A stretch of 44,246 bases of DNA from positions 257,751-301,996 of the forward strand of contig WELA01002449.1 in NCBI GenBank assembly GCA_009602735.1. Reading direction: 5' to 3'. The position numbers and the translations under genes are program-made. The DNA comes from Mesotaenium endlicherianum. Its lineage: Eukaryota. Within the stretch, counting starts at the first letter, position 1. Every line of letters begins with the position of its first letter. The notes beneath the pieces are model-generated. The model had not been told where the DNA came from. It saw nothing but the letters and a program-made list of their open reading frames with translations, and searched no databases. This document shows, one piece after another, positions 37,309-44,246 of this stretch.

Positions 37309-38477
37309 GGTGCTTGACTGTGCGGCCTGGATATGACAACTAATCACTTTCCTCCTAACAGTCGTGAAGTGACTATGTGGTAGTGATAGCTGAAACCGAC
37401 TCTCGCCTTTGCTTTGTGATTGCAGTCGATGAAAATGCTTCTTGTAATATGAGCTGATAAGCGTCAGGGCTATGGGAGAACCGAGAGAAGAAGTGAAACG
37501 AGCTGTACTAGTATCGGCAAGGGCCGGCGAGCATAACCGCCCTAGAGTGCCTGGAGCTGTGTTTGACTGCAAAAAGTCAACAGCTCGTAAGCTGGTGCTG
37601 TGAGCCACCGACGGATGCATCGTACAAGAGCCGTATATCCTTAATGAGGTTATGTGAGGATTCAGGATGAAGATAAATGAAGATGTAACACGGACTAGCT
37701 AAAGTAGTTGGGAGAAACTATTTCATCCAGAAGATGATTCTCTGAACACCTTTACATGTCAGGTCTACTCTAAGATTTGTGAAGTGTCCTTGCAATGGCA
37801 TTATTTAGGTTCAAAAAGCTCAACCAAATCAGATTGCAATGACAACATTGTTATTAATTTTGCCTTATGATGTTTCTCAGCATATCCCAACTATGAGGCA
37901 TAACACGTGACACTTGCATCAGCTCAATGATAGTAGTTGCCTAAGAAGGCTGATTTGATTCATGCATCAATTTTTTTTATTTTTTTTTATTTGTGCCATT
38001 AATAACTACGTCTCTCTTGCTATGGTCAACTGCATGGCGACAAATTGAACAAAGCCTGTCATAGCTTTCATGCCAAATATAAAAAACACATGAATGGCCA
38101 CCTCTCAACAAAAGGAACCTGTTGTCTCACCCACAACCGTCAATAACAGCAACTTTGGCCTCTGGTGGTATATACTCTGCTGCCTACATAGGCTATACTT
38201 TTATATTATGTACAATGCCAACCTCAGCGCATGACGAGCGGTACCTCGACGTATGCTAGTGAGAAAGGACCACAAACAAGCAAATATGATGATGCACTTG
38301 GTCATGGCTCCCCATGAGCACACCCCATCTTCTCCTATGACTAATACCTCAAAAAATCACAGATGCATTCACCAAGAGCGTCTGCCCCACCCTTCCAGAG
38401 AGGACAGTGCACATGGACTGCTTGCCCCTAGCACAGTTGGAGAGACGCTGATTGTAAACCTTTCTGTTTGCCGGCCC

Positions 38478-41400
38478 TCAGGCTGACATCTCGGACCCAT
38501 CGCTGACGTCTTCATCCGACAGCTGCTGCTCGTCTTCATCATCGTCACTCAAGCTCTCCCTGTAAGTCACGGCCTTCTTTGCACTGGCCCGAGACGTGCG
38601 GCGCAAATTGAGAGCGTCGCCGTTGCCCTTCTGGGAGGCATCCTCAGCAGAAGCAGGCTCTTCTTGTGTGGTGGAGGGAGTCCCTTGACTTTGGTCCGGA
38701 GAGATAGACTCGCCCAGGTGGATAACCGCGCTGCCACCTGTAGCCTTGGCAGGCTCCACATCAGCCTGGACCACAAGAAACAGGTCACGGAATGGTCAGC
38801 CATCATCTACTTTACTCACACAAGAATCAGTTTAGCCTCGCAGTTCGAACTCCTGCTGCTAAAATGGCGAGGCATGTTAAGGCTATGAGGGCTCCAAGGG
38901 ACGGCAGTGGCCTCACCGGTGCCGATTTTCGTCGCCTAGCAAACACGATGGTTTCGGGCTGATCACTCTCAGGCTTTGAGACCTTCACATCATGACGTGC
39001 CTTGGTCCTCAGCTCCACGTCTTCCAGCTCTGAGAGCTGCTTCTTTGCGCTCTTAGCCCCACCGCCTGACTTGGGCGTCTTGCCAGCGGAGCCCACTTTC
39101 CGGCTAGCTGCAGCAAAGTCCACATCTGAGTCTTCATCCAAGTCGATCGCGTCCATCTCTTCCTCCTGATGGCTGTCATCGGCGTCGACATCGTCCCACG
39201 GGCTCGTCGTCGTGCGCTTCCCGTGACTCTGGCCAGCTGCAATTTTAAGGCCAGACAAATATGAGGCCCCTTGTGGAGTTAAGAAGGAAGAGCAGCATGG
39301 CACCAAAGAGGTGCTGTCAACAGAAACAATATCCGACATATGGCACTCGTTTTACTGAACCTCGAAGCTCAGCGATCTCGAGCCACCAGACGGACGTCAA
39401 GACAATTTGGCACGCGAGGACAAGAAGCGGGTGTGTTCAGTTTATGAATTTACCTTGGCTCTCCTTTGCCGTCCCTTTGGCAGCAGGAGTGGCCTTGGTT
39501 GCTCTGCCCCCGGCACCATTTTGCCCTGCCTTGGATGCTGGAGTTGCACGTTTGCTCTTTGTCTTGTGCTCTGTCACCTCCTCATCGGACAGGTCAAAGA
39601 ATGTGAGCCCTTCTGTTGTCTTAACAGCTGCTGGGTAAACATCAATATCTGTGGCAACAGTATAACAACCATGAACAACAGACAACTTAAAAGAGTCAGA
39701 TATAGCTTCTATCAGTCAGGTGAAAGCGCACTGCTGACCAAATTATCACTCAAGTATGAAACCTTTTGAAACTTTCGAATGCCTCGACCACAGTCAGCTC
39801 TGCTGCAACTGGAATACATGCTTTTTCACTTCTGGAAAGGGTAAGTCGTCTAATAGTCTCTCGAGATGCACACAGTGCTGGTTCCGAACCAGCCCATGAG
39901 GCTTGTAAACAGGCACCAAACTACACTAACATCGGTTCTTTCTCTACATGCATGCACCTCTCGAGCGGCAGCCTTGAGCCATGGGGTCGTCGCCAAGTTT
40001 GACGACGTTCTTGCCCCCTCCCTCGCTGTCCTCGTCTTTGCCGTATGAGTCCGTCTCAATGCTGTCAAGGTCCTGCTCATACAAGGGGGGGGGGGGGGGG
40101 GNNNNNNNNNNNNNNNNNNNNNNNNNNNNNNNNNNNNNNNNNNNNNNNNNNNNNNNNNNNNNNNNNNNNNNNNNNNNNNNNNNNNNNNNNNNNNNNNNNN
40201 NNNNNNNNNNNNNNNNNNNNNNNNNNNNNNNNNNNNNNNNNNNNNNNNNNNNNNNNNNNNNNNNNNNNNNNNNNNNNNNNNNNNNGGGGGGGGGGGGGGG
40301 GGGGGGGGGCTTGTTTAGCAGCAACCAAGGAATGTGGCATGCCAACTGTTCAGACGTCCCAACGAGCGACTGGATAATCCCTGTACCCTCCAACTGATTC
40401 CCCAAGATTCTAAGCCCTCCAGCACGATCACCCCTCAAGCTTCTCAAGTGGCAAGAGAGACCAACAAGTGCACACTAAGAAGAAGCACTACCCAGTGGCA
40501 GCAGTAAGTAGAGGGTCAACAGGAGCAGGGTGCCTGGCAGAGAACGGCACTCACCATGGGATCATCCTTAGGAGCAGCAGGCTCGGGAGTAGTTGCAGCA
40601 GGCTTGGGAGTGGTGGCAGCAGGCGTGCGATCAGCAGGCTTGGGCTTAGCCAACGCTGTGACTGGTGTGAATGCGCCCAAGAGGGTGGTCTGCTTGGATG
40701 GCCGGGGCGTCTTCACAGGAGGGGCTCTCTTGGGAGTTTCTGCATTGCCCACAGTAAGAGTTGAAATAATGAGCGCACAAATTCGGGGCACGCAGCCATA
40801 GTTGAAATTGGTAAGGATGAACCCATGACCAGCGAAGAGAATAAACAAGCACTTAAGAGGAATTCTCATCCCACATTGACATGCTCCCGCTCCTCCCTTT
40901 TGTTTGCTTGTAACACAAGTTCAAAAAGGGAGGCAAACCTGTGCCGGCCTCCGCTCCCACTTCCTACCTCAGGAGACAGATGCCAAAGAACACCGACACA
41001 ACAATGAAGACCACTTCGTTCTCAAAATATTAACGATCTAAAGTCCTGAGAAGAGGCTTACATGAGGCAGCAGGCAAGCTTATCCCTAGCGATCATTGCT
41101 AAGCTGTGGCATGCACGTCCTCTGAAGAGTACAGGACTCACTCTTTGGAACCCGGAAGTCATCGTCAAGGCCGTCATCGTCGTCGTCATCTTGCCTCTTC
41201 CGCTTGAGCTTGACACCGGAAGCAGCTCCAGATTTCCTGGGGCCACCGTTTGCCTTCCTTCGCACCGCATTGTCCTTGGCCCTCTCTTCTTTGGCCTTCT
41301 CCTCTGATGCCTGCAGTACACAAGTGAATACGTACTGCAGAAGTAGTAAGGAGGAGAGCCCTGGGACAGAAACTCATATAGATGCATGTAAATACAGCAC

Positions 41401-44000
41401 TCTAGCGGAAGAAGTCCCAGAAAGGCTCTGAGGTACGTGTTAAAAAAGTCGCACTAAAACAGCAAGAAAGTGCCTGCTAGTGAAACGCCTCTACACCCCA
41501 GGCCACTCCAAAAGCTCACTCAGTGAGACAAGTGGCACGCTATATAAATAATAACAAAATTAAATCATTGAAAATATACACGTGTCTACATATTTGATGG
41601 GACAAAAGCATACAGTACACCATGCACAAAGTGCTCAGAGCTTGCTTAAAGAATGATGCAAGACTTGAGTACACGCATGCGCGCAGACAGGAAAGACCCG
41701 TGCAGTCAGACGCACGCACCTCAAGAGCAGCTAGGAAGGCGTCCAGGTCAGCCTCCCACAGGCTCTTGGGATCAGTCTCTAGCAGCGCCTCGCGCACCTC
41801 TTTCTTTGCATCCCTCTCCTTGCACAGGCTCTGGACGAGCTCGAGCGTCAGGCTCCACAGTGACATGCCCAGCAGGTACTCGTAACTGCTGGCCCGCCCA
41901 ACCGAGGCCCCAGCCTTGGGCTCCTCCCCATTCGGCTCAACGACCTCGGCGCTGTCGTCGGCTTCAGTTTGCGACGCCACGGCGAGCTTTGGCTTGATTG
42001 TCACGATCTCGTCCATCGAGGCAAAGTCCTTAGCCTGCAGCATTATGAAAAGGAAGCTAGCCGTAAGAACACTTTACCCTATGACACAGCGAGCAAGCAG
42101 AGGTCATAGAGTCAGAGAGCAGCCTCCGCCTTTTAAAGATCATCAGTAAACCCTAGCACACAGTCGTAATAAGCTTCCAAATCCTTCCGGACTATGGGTG
42201 TGCCGCCTGACATTCTCTCAAAACCTGACACTAAGAGTTTAGAGATGCAGCAGTGACACACTCATTCATACATAAGACTGGTGCCAGTACTTAGTGCTTC
42301 CCTGAAAACCTGCCGTGGCTCTTACAATGCCTGCAGCGTGAGCAAATAGATGCTATACCTCGCAGAAACCTGCACTAAGACCCTAAAGATGCGTCGCTCA
42401 TTGGTGATAATACCAACCTTGAGCTCTGCCAAGAGGTCTGCCTTCTTGCGGTTGCTGACAACAAGGTCTCCATTCACAACAGCCAGGATGAAGCGCACCC
42501 GGTTGTCCAGCTTGGTGAGGTCCTGCCGAAGCTGCTCCAGCTGCGCTGCCTGCACGTATACAGTTGGCAACCACCTCAACCCTTAGTTCAAACTTCAGTT
42601 GATGACACTGCTGACTCATGTTCCCAAAAAATATATTCCAAGTACAGCACCCCTCAAGGTCTGGATACAGACACATGTCGCACCTCTTCAGTCCAAGCCC
42701 CTAAAGCAAGGGCGTCAGAACATAGTGATCACTGCCTGCCATGAAGTACTATGCAAGCTTGAAAAAAAAAAAGGAGCTGAACATACCTTCCTCTTGTTGT
42801 AGTACTCCAAGCGCACGGAATAGAACGCCTCAACGACTGCCAGACAACCAGCCGGAAGGAAGGACAGGCCACAGTCAGCTACACAGGATATCTTGAAAGC
42901 AATAGTTGTTGAAGAGCAGAAGAAAGTAGCGAGCCATTCTTTGGTACCAGCTGTGAAGAGCGCCAAAACCCTCAAGGCAGGGAGGCGCAGTCCGAACGGA
43001 AAGTATGCATCTCACATACTGGGTTGCAAGAACGTACTCTCTTCTGGAGAATCGTATTTGTTGATGCGTCCAGCTGGGTCGAAGAGGTGCAGGTTGCCCA
43101 TGCTGATGCTGGACGTCAGCTTGAACTTCTTGTGCAGTCCCTCTGCCACGGCAGCCTCCATGTTGCTCTCCGTGAGGTGAACCTCGAAGTGCACAGCTGT
43201 GTCTGTATGATACTCCTTCACGTCCTGCACGTGGCAAGCCACAAACCGTCAGCTCCATGTCAGAAGCCAGTGACATCAGAGGGAGTAAGAACCTGATGCA
43301 AGCCACTGAAGCCTGGTGATGCATGCTGATCACACCATCCAGTCAAGCTGATGTGATGAAGATCTGACAATCTCTGAGTGGCAGCCTTAGTACCGGACAG
43401 TACTTAGGCACACATCCTACACATACAACTCTCCACTGTCTGCCCAGCCCACAATTTCCATGTCCCTCACATCACCTTCAACATCAATCCAAAGAGTCAG
43501 TGGTTGAAACACACCTTCAAGAAGGGCTCCTTGACCTTGTCGGAAGGAAGGAGCAAGCTCTCCAGAAACTCCTTGTAGTCCTGAGTCCACTTCTTCAGAG
43601 GCAGCTCCACGATGTCCAGCACAGTGTCACTCTTTTTGGTGATGACCCCCGTCACTGTGTACGACTTTCCTCCTTCTTTTGACGCCGCGTATTCAATGGT
43701 GCCCTGCACATTACCTCCACATAGGAAGGGAATCAACACAAGCTCTGACGTTCTCGTAGGGTTTTGGGATCCGGCATGGAGACTCAGGTGCTCAGCGAGA
43801 CAGGGCTGCTGCTGCGGCTGCGGCTGCTCACCTTGAAGCCCCGGTACCAGGGCTGCATGGGCTCCACGGGTTCGTCGTGCAGGAGGTGCTTGATGTTGGC
43901 CACGATGTCCCGGGGGTTGTAGTTGGGCACCGACGAGCTCCACCCCGTGCCGATGCCCTCACTGCCGTTCACCAGCACCATCGGCAGTATCGGCGCGTAC
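38478..44000 (-). CDS. TOP2: DNA topoisomerase II (type IIA, eukaryotic), 3' portion; 5' exons lie beyond the window
   Basis: Hallmarks PILPMVLVNGSEGIGTGWSSSVPNYNPRDI, PWYRGFKG, ELPLKKWTQDYKEFLE, KKFKLTSSIS, YEYLLGMSLWSLT, LWEADLDAF. In-phase GT-AG exons: 43832-44000, 43515-43703, 43038-43224, 42787-42836, 42418-42549, 41720-42034, 41142-41310, 40555-40739, 39958-40072, 39454-39630, 38917-39236, 38478-38765 (TGA). The last six encode the low-complexity tail and are less certain. Confidence 0.95.
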
Positions 44001-44246
44001 CTGCAGCGGGAGAGCCAGAGCACGAGTGCACCTCGTTTTTTAGGGGTCAATGCGTTACCAAAGAGCTCATATACCACAACACAAGCAAGATGGGCGCAGA
44101 CCGGCATGAGCGCGTTAAGTTGTCCTGATTTTAATATATGTATCCTACAACTCGGAGGCACGTCAATACTCAAAAGAAGCAGGGGCAGGGGCGGGGACGG
44201 GTACGGGAGCACAGGCGGGGGCGGGGCCCGTGGTGGGGGACCCCGG

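Noticed and set aside
37309..37620. N-terminal extension (transit peptide) of ALDH10 from ORF 37186-37620
   Set aside because: Family homology starts at MAPTVP, whose ATG has good context (ACCATGG); the upstream frame is probably UTR/promoter, though it cannot be excluded without transcript data.
38990..39005. GC-AG donor in TOP2 after ELRTK (AAG|GCACGT)
   Set aside because: A canonical in-phase GTGAGG donor at 38916 explains the structure without it.

Overview
Eukaryotic DNA, most likely from a GC-rich green plant-lineage organism, probably a streptophyte alga; this is inferred from plant-type protein sequences and intron positions. There are four compartments. (1) 1-2091: two antiparallel copies of a probable LTR flank a ~1 kb coding core ending in an RGG-rich tail, best read as a nested LTR-retrotransposon insertion. 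(2) ~2.1-24.8 kb: a very AT-rich island with no intact gene. It is a patchwork of direct and inverted, heavily decayed copies of intronless gene-like sequence, plus fresh tandem duplications, a duplicated 102-nt exon and other spliced relics. (3) 25050-37308 (-): an ALDH10 (aminoaldehyde/betaine-aldehyde dehydrogenase) gene. 14 of the 15 expected exons are visible and the protein ends in SKL; the introns are long and very GC-rich, and many have G-runs instead of a polypyrimidine tract. (4) 38478-44000 (-): the 3' part of a DNA topoisomerase II gene (12 exons called), continuing past the window end. Most short ORFs in the supplied track are spurious. All alignments were made by eye; no database search was run.
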